Origin: Raillietiella orientalis
Taxonomy: Eukaryota
Assembly (NCBI GenBank): GCA_036172245.1
Contig: JAYWIR010000015.1
Coordinates: 124,001 to 188,000 of the forward strand
Reading direction: 5' to 3'
DNA length: 64,000 nucleotides
The notes below the pieces were generated by a model, which was not told the DNA's origin, did no database searches, and worked only from the letters and a program-made list of their open reading frames with translations. Within the stretch, counting starts at the first letter, position 1. Each line of letters starts with the position of its first letter. The translations under genes and the position numbers were made by a program. This document shows, in pieces, positions 28,400 to 38,449 of the stretch.

Positions 28400-29600
28400 G
28401 GAGAGGCTACATCGAAAGCAAAGGATCCCACAGCTCGTTCTGTACTGGCACCCCAAGAGCAGAAAGAGGAGTTAAGGCTTTTCGCAGATCGCAGTTTTTT
28501 CCTGAAGTTGCGGAAAGATGAAGAGATAGGTTCCCGTTGCGGCGTTCCATCGACATCCGAAGCAAATTCAAGACTGAGGAAAGAGATGCTGAGGAGAGTG
28601 TGAAAGAGAGCAAGTTACCAGCCTCTTTCTACGAAGGCAGGATGCTCGTTGTCCCTGGCAGGAGGGACCAGGATAGAGAACCCGTTCCTCTCCCGGACAG
28701 CCAACGCCAAATCCATCCGAAATGTGTCTTCCTGAAGATCAAGAAACACCCTCGTTGTCTCCCATATGACTAGGCAACCCCAAGGACAATGCACGCGGGT
28801 GGAAGCAAAGCATACCTTGGACATTAAGGGCTTACAAGAAGTCTCAAGAGCGCTCATGTGAGAAGACCTTTGACAACAGGGTCCTGGAGCAACTCGGACT
28901 CCCTCGAAAACTCGACTTCCGTGCAAAAGTCGTGGTGGAAAACGCTCATCCTGGAGTCCGAATTGACGACACGCCCGAGGGCATCGTTAGCGTGTTCAGA
29001 GGCTTTTGTCAGAAAAAGGAGCGTGAAACCCGTGTCTTTCTTGCTGTGCCTGGAAGCCAAACAGTCACACGTCGAGGACTTTGGGAACCTGAGAGGGCTG
29101 AAAGTCAGATCAAACCGTTTTGAGTACCTGGACGATATAGATGGCTCACCTCTCTTCTCTTAGAAAGGCGAGGTGACCTAAGGGTTCTGATTAGACTGCT
29201 GTATAGATAAGAATCTTAGGTTACAGGTGAATGTCCAGAAAGTAAAAACATGTCCGCAATAGAAGACGCTCTTTAGAAAGCTCAAAACACCAGCCTCATA
29301 ATGTACACTTTCTAAATATCTGCTTGATGAGTGCTAATAGGAGAGTTCTGCGACAAGCTGATAGATGAAGTCCACAGGTACTGCCGCTCTAACCTTTGTA
29401 CAAGGAAAGAATGACGTGTCTTCCTTTCCAAAGATGTTCCTCAGTGCCTCTTTCTTCGGGAAGAATACAAAGCACATTAAGAAGTAGGACTCATTCAGCC
29501 AGATCAAGAATTCCGTCGACATGGTGCCAAGGAAACCCAGAATCGCCACGAGCTAAGTAATGAAGATGAAAGAGAAACGAAATAGTCTTAGCAGGAGCAG
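28400..29600 (+). mobile_element. Possible decayed LINE ORF1 end and APE start
   Basis: FLLCLEAKQSH (~29040) is a knuckle-like remnant, followed by LQVNVQ...LFRKLK and GTAAL, which resemble the APE N-terminus. Weak. Confidence 0.25.
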
Positions 29601-29654
29601 CTGGGCTGGTGCTAAGATACATGGTTGCATGGTCCTAAGCGAAGAATTGAAGGG

Positions 29655-29885
29655 AAGGGACTCCTTTATTCCTGGAAGGAACCCGGAAGATCAACTTTCA
29701 ATCCTGGCGACTCGACAGGAGCATCCGGCTTCCGCCGGTGCCACATCTGAAGCCTCCAAGGCCAACCAGCACCGTCCTGAGAGAGAGACTCGAAACCCAC
29801 GACGCACCCCCCATTCTCGTCGTCAATTCTTCACTTGGGGATTCGAACCCGTGACGCTCGGTGCCACGCGTGGAGATCGCATCCA
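29655..29885 (-). mobile_element. SINE-like family A, head and core only
   Basis: B box on the minus strand at 29839-29849. Very similar to 21250-21450 (shared EASKANQHRPE.ETRNPRRTPHSR translation in ORF track). Confidence 0.85.
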
Positions 29886-30609
29886 CGTGCCCCCAAGCGC
29901 GGACGTGGTTACGGTCTGTGCGCGCTCTTCGGGCTTACCAGTTACCACCTCTCTGATCACCTGCCAAGTGAGAGAGAGAGAGAGTGATCGCTAAAATGAA
30001 GAATGAAGAAGAGCGACGTCGTCTCTCCAGAGGGCCGCCATGCCCTCAGCGAAAGTGGGACGAAGGTGTGGCACCAATGTGTTTTGCTGTAGACAGTTGC
30101 TCCCGCCTGCTCCTATCTTTGGACCCGTTCCTTGGAGGATATTTCCTCTCCAGTCTGCTAAAGGGAGTCAGCAGCAAAGTCTTAGCACCATTTTTTCACA
30201 AGGACGCATAGATGACATCTCAGGGAAAGCATCAAGGAAATTCGAGCGGTTAACTAGCAACAGCAAGAGTGCAAGAAGCTCCAGAAGACAAGCAACCAGT
30301 CGAACAAAGGTTCTCTGGTCCTTCGCGAGCGAAGAGTTCCACCTGCAAACTAGAGAAGTCACTGCCACCAAGGACCTGGGTTCCGCCTACTGCACGCTCC
30401 AGCTAGCACTGGTAGGCACAAAGAAGCCTCATTCGCAACTAACCCGACAGAGGGAAAGCTACGTCCTGCGTAGAGCTGCATCGCGCGTCCTCCTCCTTCC
30501 CATTTCCCGGGGGAAACCTACGGTTTTCGGAACAGCTGAGCTCATCATCGTTGTCGCTGTACTCAGCCCGCCAGGTGAGGATTAAACGTGCCTGGCCCGC
30601 GGACATGGT

Positions 30610-30637
30610 GGGCGTGGGGCGACACTGCCCCACGCCC
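30610..30637. other. Perfect GC hairpin (11-bp stem, 6-nt loop)
   Basis: GGGCGTGGGGC-GACACT-GCCCCACGCCC, near the edge of the GC-rich segment. Confidence 0.9.
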
Positions 30638-31610
30638 GGAGGCGTTTCACTCCCTTCTTACCGTGCGCTCAATGTCGCAAGGGGACGAAGCTCTAGGAAG
30701 ACGGGAAGCTACGCCCGTCTAGAGGACTGCAAACGCCCGACGACGACTGGCCGCCGCCTGATTCCGCAAAGAAGAGCTCCAGCCACCGCTGTTTCTGGAT
30801 GCCCAGTGACAAGAATGGATTCGGGGTCGACAAGAAGAGAGGAAGGCTACGCGCAGCGGCGTCTCTCTCTCCTCATATCTTCCTCGAGTGCGCGCTATCC
30901 TCGCGGGATGGAAGCCTTGGGCCGGACAGGCCCCGACTCCACACCAGTCGCTCCGAACGTGCAATGGCACCTGGCAGGGCGGATCGCTCATCCACTGGGC
31001 GCAGAGACGGACCCGCGCTTCGGGCGACATGCAGATCAGCTGTCCGTCCGGAGACGAGGCCAGCCGGATGGTTGCAGGGGCTGCTCGCGACGCGACCCCA
31101 GTGCGTCAACCTGGTCACCCGGAAGGCGAAGGCGTAGGTCCCAAGCGTGGAGGACACCTAGCCCGAGGCGGAAGGGCCGAGGCGCGACAGGAAATTCTTG
31201 GAATCGGGGCGGAGCTCTCTGCAGCGCTTCTCTGCCGGAATGCCGAGTGCTCCCCGGGCGGAGCAAGGCAGCGCCGGGGAGCACACCGTCCTTCGCAGAT
31301 ACAGCGAGTTCACAGGAAAGAGGCGGGGCAGAAGGGAGGCATGCTGTGTGTCCCGCGTGTGCTTACAGGTTACGGCACGCGGACGCCGGCGGCTCACGGA
31401 GCTGGAAGCGAAAAGACAACAGACCGTGGATAGCCGCTGGCGCCGCTCGGCAATCCGTAGCCAGGGATAACGAGATAGCCGCTCTGCTCCCTTTCCATGG
31501 TCCGTCGCGCCTTCTCCATGGCGACGTCGACGATGACGACTACTCTGACCCCGGCTACCCATCGCCAACAGTGTCCACTGACAAGCTGAAGAATCGGTGC
31601 ACACAACAGC

Positions 31611-32316
31611 CCCTGCAGCCAGGCGGATCGAATGCACTGTCGAAGGCGCGGCGGACGGACGGCCCCGCGATCGTGCAGCGGGCTCAGGAAGGATGCGACC
31701 GTCGGGACCCTGGCGCCGCGCACGGCAGCCGCTCCCCTCCTTCGTCCGACGCGCGGCAGGAGGAGCCGTCAATCCGAGCAGCACGCGGGGCGCACCTTAG
31801 GAGGTGACAGCAGGAGGCTCCACGCCGTTGATCCTGCGGGCCGCTGTGCGTCCGTCGCCGAGGCAGGCCCGGCGAAGCGCAGCGCAGTGCGTCGAGGGGG
31901 CGCTGGTGTCCCCCGTGCCGACGGGCGGGCAGGAACGCTGCGTGGGGCCTCTTCGAGTTTGCTGCCGGACGCTTGCTGCTGGGGACCCTCGCTCCCGGCT
32001 TCGCTCCTCTCGCCCCGCCGGCACTCCGTGCAGCCCCACGCAGCGCCGGCTCCGCAACCGGAAGCGGTCTCCGGCTCGTTGCTGAGCCTTCGTCCGCCGG
32101 GCGGCCACCGGCCGTGGTCATGTTGACCTGCTGCGACTCGGCACAAGCACGGAAGCGTTCGAGAGAGCAGCGGCACTGACAGCTGCCGCTTGCCCGAGGC
32201 TGACCTCGTCTCGGACACGCCTGCACGGAACTGTCTCCTCCTTCCGTTCGGCGGCGTGCGAGCCGCTGTTGTTTCCCGCTCGCTTGGGTAGGGCGCGAGA
32301 GCCTTCGTCGAGGCAG
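31611..32316 (-). repeat. GC-rich ~700 bp repeat, inverted copy of 20472-21177; left flank of the viral insert
   Basis: Direct alignment shows only a handful of differences. Confidence 0.97.
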
Positions 32317-32317
32317 G

Positions 32318-32496
32318 TCCCTCTGACTGAAAGGGTAGGGGGCATGAGATGCCCTTGGCTAGATACAGATGATGCGAATGAGATGTCTGTGGCTGTACAT
32401 GGTATATCTGCATACCTTTTGCGTCATGTCGCAGGTTTCGAATCGCGGGCATCTTGGTGGATTAGTGGGGGCAATCAGTCCAGTGGACAACGTTGA
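32318..32496 (+). pseudogene. cap: Putative capsid protein C-terminal fragment
   Basis: RCPWLDTDDANEMSVAVHGISAYL...QSSGQR* resembles the PWxDT...HxG(L/I)...FxGxR* ending of circo-like capsids. It is convergent with rep and followed by AATAAA at 32553-32558. Judged by eye only. Confidence 0.5.
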
Positions 32497-32628
32497 AAGA
32501 TGAGTCTGTGTAGTGTGTGCCCATATTCTATTCTATATTTAAAGGAATACGAAATAAAGATTTTTCAACATTTTGTTTATCAACTCCGTCGAAAGAGGAG
32601 GTTCTTGTTATTTGTTTTCTGTGTTGGG

Positions 32629-33581
32629 TTATGCTACCGTCTTGATCGATGGAGTATGAAGTCTTTTCCTGGCTGCATCGTTGATGGGGAAGATCTTCCA
32701 TCTGTCTATGGAGAGTTTTGTATAGTCTGGATCCCAGTTGGCGTACACTATGGCGCACGGCGTGTCTTGATGGACCCCTGGTATTTGGGGTCGAAGATTA
32801 TTCCGTTTTTCATGGATTCTATAGATCCATATTGCACAGAGTCCTTGTTGTCTCTTGTAAAATCCACGACAACTATGTACCCGCCGTTGTAAATATGTGC
32901 CGCGTCTGCTTTTTTACAACTCTGCATGTATGTGGCGTTGCGGCGGACGCAGAGGTATTTCGCTATCGTCATCCTCTCGCTGTTCCCTTGCTGATCTGAA
33001 TACCATATAATGCTGCGGAGGATTGTCTTAGGATATCGAGAACTTGAATTTGCCATTGACGTAGCCTCAATCCTATTAATGGGTCTTGTATTCTGGATGC
33101 TCTTTGGAATTGTATACATTCTTTGACGAAGTTGGAGGTTACGTGCATAGAATCTGGTGTGGTTTCCCAGAATCTATTTCTCTTGCACTTCCTTGTTTGA
33201 TTAAGCTGGAATCACTGTTTATCGGTTAATAAAAAAACATGTTACCTTGGTTTCATATGTTTCTCCTGTGTGATCTGATGTGCATCCGAATGCCCAAGGT
33301 GTTTGATCTTGCTTGTTGCAATATTGTATGTTGGAGATTGCTGTTCCTTTGGGGCTTTCTAAGTGAGCTCTTGCAAATCGAATGGTTTTTAGTTGAAGCA
33401 GGGTTTTGGCGTGATGCTGCTGAAAGTATCCTTGAAGGCGTGGCGTACTGAAGTCTCCTGTATCTTTGCCAATGATGGCGAAGGTTGCTTCAGTTCTTAG
33501 CCACTTTTTGATGTGTTGATATTCTACATCTGTGTAATTGTTGAGAGTAAAGCACCAATTATTCTTTTTAGAGTAAGGCAT
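32629..33581 (-). pseudogene. rep: CRESS-virus replication-associated protein (HUH endonuclease + SF3 helicase), frameshifted
   Basis: Endonuclease: motif I FTLNN (33551-33537), motif II PRLQG (PHLQG with CAC>CGC), AHLE..KG and motif III YCNK (33323-33312). Helicase: LRQWQ, Walker A remnant RSIIWYSDQQGNSERMT (G at 32987), Walker B IVVVDFTR (32876-32853) and YGSIESMKNGIIFDPKY. After a frameshift come motif C IVYAN (32751-32737), Arg-finger LSIDRW and a stop at 32631-32629. Confidence 0.95.
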
Positions 33582-33627
33582 CTTGGTAACACCGAGATAG
33601 TGAGATGGTCGTTATCCATGAACCTTG

Positions 33628-33636
33628 TTATATATA
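33628..33636 (-). promoter_or_regulatory. Putative TATA box of rep
   Basis: TATATATAA on the minus strand, between the origin and the rep ATG (33581), ~47 nt upstream. Confidence 0.6.
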
Positions 33637-33646
33637 CTCTCCGAGA

Positions 33647-33670
33647 CGGCTGGTTAATATTAACCAGCCG
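33647..33670. other. Rolling-circle origin stem-loop (24-bp perfect palindrome)
   Basis: CGGCTGGTTAATATTAACCAGCCG. The core TAATATTAAC is one base from the canonical TAATATTAC nonanucleotide and sits just upstream of rep. Confidence 0.85.
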
Positions 33671-33926
33671 CCGAGGTGTCAAAGTTCTTCGACCTTGAAA
33701 GATAAGAAGGGTGTCGTTATCCTTCTCGGATGACCGTAGTACGCAGTAAGTGGTGCGAAGAGGGGTTATGGTGATCATGTTTTGTGCACGTAAGAGGGGA
33801 TCACGTGTGGAAAGGGATATCAAAATGGTGGTAAGTGGAAATGTCGTCAGTAGGCACTAGATTGTACCGATGGCCGGAGGCTACGGTGGGTGGCTCTATG
33901 AAAAGAAAGGGAACATAAGAGGCAGG

Positions 33927-34349
33927 CTTCCTGCAGCTCCCGTGTCGCGCGGTCGAAGGAGGCCGCTGACTGCATGACTCTTCTGTCCTTCCTCCGACGG
34001 GCGTTGACGACCCGCAGCAACAAATCGCGTGGGCGAGATGAAGGCTGCTTGTCTGGATGGCTGGCGGTCACCCCGGGAAGCTCCTGTGAGGATGACACCA
34101 GGAGCACGGAAGGACTGCCCAGCATCCTCCGGGGAGTTTTCAGCGTCGCCGTTCGGACGGGAAGCCGCGAAAGGCTGCGCTTAACCTGTGATGAGGCCAC
34201 ATGAAATTGAAGGGATTTGTTGTTGGTGGTGATGGTGTTTTCCGACTCTGACTGAAGAAGGAGAAGAGCTGTGCTGACTCCACTGCGCTGCTGGCTTGCA
34301 GCCTCGGGAATAAAACTCGGAAACGCCCCTCATTTAAGTAATTGTCTCG
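33927..34349 (-). repeat. Repeat family B, copy 2 (inverted); right flank of the viral insert
   Basis: Aligns to 20036-20459 in reverse complement. Confidence 0.9.
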
Positions 34350-37300
34350 AATGGCCCGTTGGGAAGGGAAACCGCAATGGCCTTCCTATACGCCTTGTGT
34401 CCAGAATGTGGTACGTAAGAAATGGAACTCTTGCGCCGGCTATGGGTTCCATCATTCTATGCCATCCTTCGTTGAGGTTCACAGGCCGGAGGAGATCCGG
34501 CGGTGCTTTTCAATCTGGGAGGCCATTTGTCTCCAGTGTACGGTGGGGTGTTTGTCTGGTCTGTTCCTTAGAAAACTCCGTCTGTTTTCTTGTTGAACAG
34601 GAGTCCCGGGTGCTTAGTGATGGGTTTTGGACTCTTCCCCTCCGTTCGTTGGGCAACAGACCTGATATGACGGAATTCATCGGCCTAGCCTTATCGAGCC
34701 CAGAATGTTCAGAGACATCGGATTTTTCATGCAAAAGATCTGACTGAGTCGATTAAGCGTTCCAGCTTCCGTTTGCTTCCGCATCGTTGTGCCATCTTGC
34801 ACGTTGTTTGCGTCAGTTTTTTTCTGCTTCAGGCGTGCTCACACTCAAGAGCTTGACTCAGCATCTGGATCACCGGAGGAAACACTCGTTAGGTTATCGG
34901 ATTTGGCGTTCTTTTTCTCATCAGAAAACTCTCTTAGCTTCCCAGAGGTTTTCCGGAATCAGCAGAGTATCCCCCCCCAAAATGCATTGGCAACAAAGTT
35001 GCTGCGTACTTGTTCCCTAGCTTCTTTCACTGCTGTTTTCTTTTATTCAAACTTCCGGTCGCACCTGGAACTGCGAAAGAAAGACTGTCGGACTTTTGGA
35101 AGATGATCGGCAGTGAGAACATCCATCCTGCTCTTGGCTGGCCTTCCAGGTGACTGGCAAGCACGCGCGAATCAGAGAACTGAGAACACTTGAGAAAATC
35201 AACTGCGAACACGACGAATTGCCAAGCAACGGGGAACAGTTGTTCTGAGGAGCCCTTGTGCTTTTAGTTCTGGAAAGCCGACCTTGCACTCCTGCCTCCC
35301 TTTCTGTTGTGGAAGCGAAATTGGACTCGAGAGAGTGAAGCGATGCTGAAGCAGATGGATTTACAGCAAACCTTTCTTTCTCTGCATCCAAACATCCTGA
35401 ACGGGTAATTCTTTCCTTCAAATGGATACGAAGGGAAGCTGCTCGCCAAATCGCGGATGCACTTTCTTCGCAATTCAACTACCCGGCTTTTCACATGCAG
35501 CCCCTGAGCTGCTACTAGGTTCAGTTTGCGCCAGCGACGTCCATCTGTGCACTCGCAGGGAACGTGACTGCACGTGCAATTCTATTCCGGACGGATTGAT
35601 TTCTAATCTCATTCGTTCTCTGTGACTGGTTTGTGTTCATCTCTGAGGACTATACAGATTCTTTGTAGGCTGTTACGGGGATGATGATTTCCTGAAGATT
35701 CTTCCGAGACCAGTAACCCGACGAGTGCCTGCAAAAAGTAAATCAGAAAACTTTTGTTTGATCCAAGGTCTTCTAAAATCCAAAATCGTTTTTTTTTTTT
35801 TTTTCCCTCTCCAAAGTCTCTCTTGTTTACAGATATTGCTGCATTTGTGGAAAATTGCTGACAGCTGAGGCCAAGAGGCAGGTTTCAGGGTGGTGTGTGC
35901 CTCTGCGAATCTGCCGCAAGACGCAGCTCCAGCTTCACAAACGGAAGTGGCCCTCTGACTCTTTCGTCCGCTGGGTGAACCTCTTCTCCGATAGCCGCCA
36001 TCATCATAACGGGCGTTGCTACCAGACACATCACCTTGTCCCATCTCGTCTCAACACTAACATGGCAGCGCTGGGGAGAACGGCACCGTGTTTATTCGGA
36101 AGCCCTTAGCCTCTTCGAAGGCCCATTGCAATAATAAAGAGCAAGAATTTTTAATTGATGAATGCAACGTTCGGTCATCTAGCATTTTATCTTTCCTGTG
36201 TTCCTTTGCTGACGTTGCGATGATTTCCATCTTCCTTCAGCAGTAGTTCCTTGCAGACTCGCCTCACACTGATTTCTCGTCTGTGTCCAAGGTCGCGATG
36301 CTGCTTGCTACCTTTGCTTTGGCAGTTCATTTGCGAAACTCATCCCTAAGAGTTTCCTTATTTTAAATCTGCACTTTGCCTTTGCTTCTTGTTCCCTTCC
36401 TTTCCAATTAGCTGTAATGTTGCTTTGAAAGCTTCTGGTCTCGAGAGTAATGCAGCTTCTTTCACCGTTGGGATCTCCGAAAGGGGAAGGTCGAATTTAC
36501 GAAAGAGAGGCAAAAAAAAGAAAAAAAAAAGAAAAAGCCAAACGTATGTGCACGAGTGCAATACAAAGGAATTCTTGAGCAGCCGTCACGAGATGGACGT
36601 GGGATGAATGCCAACCGCCGATATAAGACTTTCACACGAGTACCAAGGAAGCAGAAATTAATTCCTTCTGAAGAATCCGAGAAGGAGGAGGAGGAGGAGG
36701 AAGAGAGGAAGGAAGACAGGTCCAGAATAGGCGCCAGGAAGAAAAGAAGCATACATGCGTCTATTTGAGTGGAATCAAAAAACTCAGTTCTTGAAGAAGC
36801 GAGGGACTGTTCCCCCTCCATCGTGAAATCGTGAAAAGGAACGAACGCGACAGCTTCCTGATGATTTAACGCGAACGGAGGCTTCTAACGCATTTTTCTG
36901 GATGCTGGGAGAATGATCAAAGCGGTCGCAAGGAATTCGAGCGAAGTCGGAAGAACAGCTTAAGGTCTGCATAATCGAGACCAACTCCAGCCCCTGCTGC
37001 ATTCCCTTGAGAGCGGCGCCTCGGATTATGGGAACGGCCGAGCTCGATGCGATCTGCTTCGAGAGGAAATAACTTGGGGAAGTTTCAGCCGAACTTCCTG
37101 GAAAGATGGGATAAGTTTCTGGAGACACTCTGTGCGTTCAAGGCGGCGGAACTCCAGAGTCTGCGACCGCAAATTCCATTCAAAAACACAAGCAGTAAAA
37201 AATCATCAGGGACAAAGGCCCTTGCGCCGAGGTCTCGGTGCGATTTCTTTCATTCCGTAGGGAGAACTGCTCTGGGCCTGGCGGCAAGCGGTGCCATCGA

Positions 37301-38449
37301 GAGCAAAGGCGAACCATCCTAACAGAATATAACTCACCTCCCTCCTCCGAAGACATTCTCCACCAGTGTTTGGCATTCTAGGAATTCCTCCGTTCTCGCA
37401 GAAGCCATCTTCTGCTCCGTCTTCGTGGAGGGTGGGAGGGACTGCCCGAATCTCCCATTCAAACAAGGATCCACCTATCTTCTTGAGTGCGGTACACAAC
37501 ACTTCTCTTCCGCACCAGCCACCTCTCGTTCGCATCTGGCGAAACACAGAATTCCGCTTTGTCTCGGACACTTACTCGAGGATCCGCTCTGTTTGAGAAC
37601 TCACTGTTCTCAGGAATGACCTCCCAGCCAAGCATCATAAGCGAATTCCGGAACCCATCCAGAACATCGGTACTGGGAGCTTCTCTATTTCTTCTTTTTT
37701 TGCTTTTCCCGCTTTTCTTGAGGATCTGAAACACGGATAAGCGCGCAGAGCAAGAGAGAGAGAGAAAGAGGAGGGGAAGGGGGAGGGGGGAGATCGGTTT
37801 CGAAATCCCATTATGCAGCCCGAGTTTCGCAAACTGGAATTTTCCATGACAATGAGGGAGAATTTTCGGTTTCGATAATCAGTCAGCCAACGACGCGGAG
37901 GAATTTGGAGCAGCGCGCGTAATCAGGTGCGTGAGATTGGTTACCTGAGCACCGGGGTACACAAGCAAGCCTCCTTTTTTCTTTTCGCCAAATGGGAATC
38001 GTTATCCCGAGCACGTGCTTTCAGTCTAAAAATACAACGGGAGGAAGGATAATTCAGCACGCTCAGGAGACCCGACGCATTTCGAGTTCAGCAAACCGGG
38101 AACTCTTTTCAAGAGCACCGGGAAATGGTGCAACCCTGGAGGAGAGGGCGTACGCCACAGGTTCGCTAGGGTACGGTGAGACTTCCCATAATTCCATGAG
38201 ACACTGAGGACGGAAGGCGGAAGGATTCCCTCCTCCAGCTCCTGCGAGAGCGGTGCGTGTGTCATTCGGCTTGATTTTAGCCGGAGGAGAAAACAACACT
38301 CTCGAGCCTCATAATGCTAGAAGTGACCGTATTTTCCGTTTCGAGATTGGTTCCGCAAAGGCAACCGATCCACTCCAGTGTGAGATATAAATGAAGGAAA
38401 TTACGTAACAGGAATCAGTTCTCAAGGAGGGAGAAAGCTTTTCGACCTT

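Larger units (their letters stand above)
32310..33926. mobile_element. Endogenous CRESS-DNA virus-like element (EVE)
   Basis: Contains a Rep pseudogene, a stem-loop origin and a capsid-like fragment. It is visibly AT-richer than its left flank, has GAGGCAGG at both ends (32310-32317, 33919-33926), and is absent from the paralogous site at ~20460. Confidence 0.9.

Noticed and set aside
30551..31807. 418-aa ORF as a protein-coding gene
   Set aside because: It is Arg/Gly/Pro/Ala-rich with no domain, several frames on both strands are open, and it runs into a repeat. This is expected in GC-rich DNA.
32629..33581. Canonical Helitron or Replitron transposase
   Set aside because: The compact HUH + SF3 helicase with a nonamer stem-loop is virus-type. 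There is no PIF1 helicase or TC...CTRR ends, and Replitrons lack the helicase.
34350..37800. Further minus-strand LINE (ORF1 to RT), and similar traces at ~16250-17000, 18450-19000, 40100-40900 and 49600-50300
   Set aside because: Only faint single-motif resemblances, too weak to annotate by eye.
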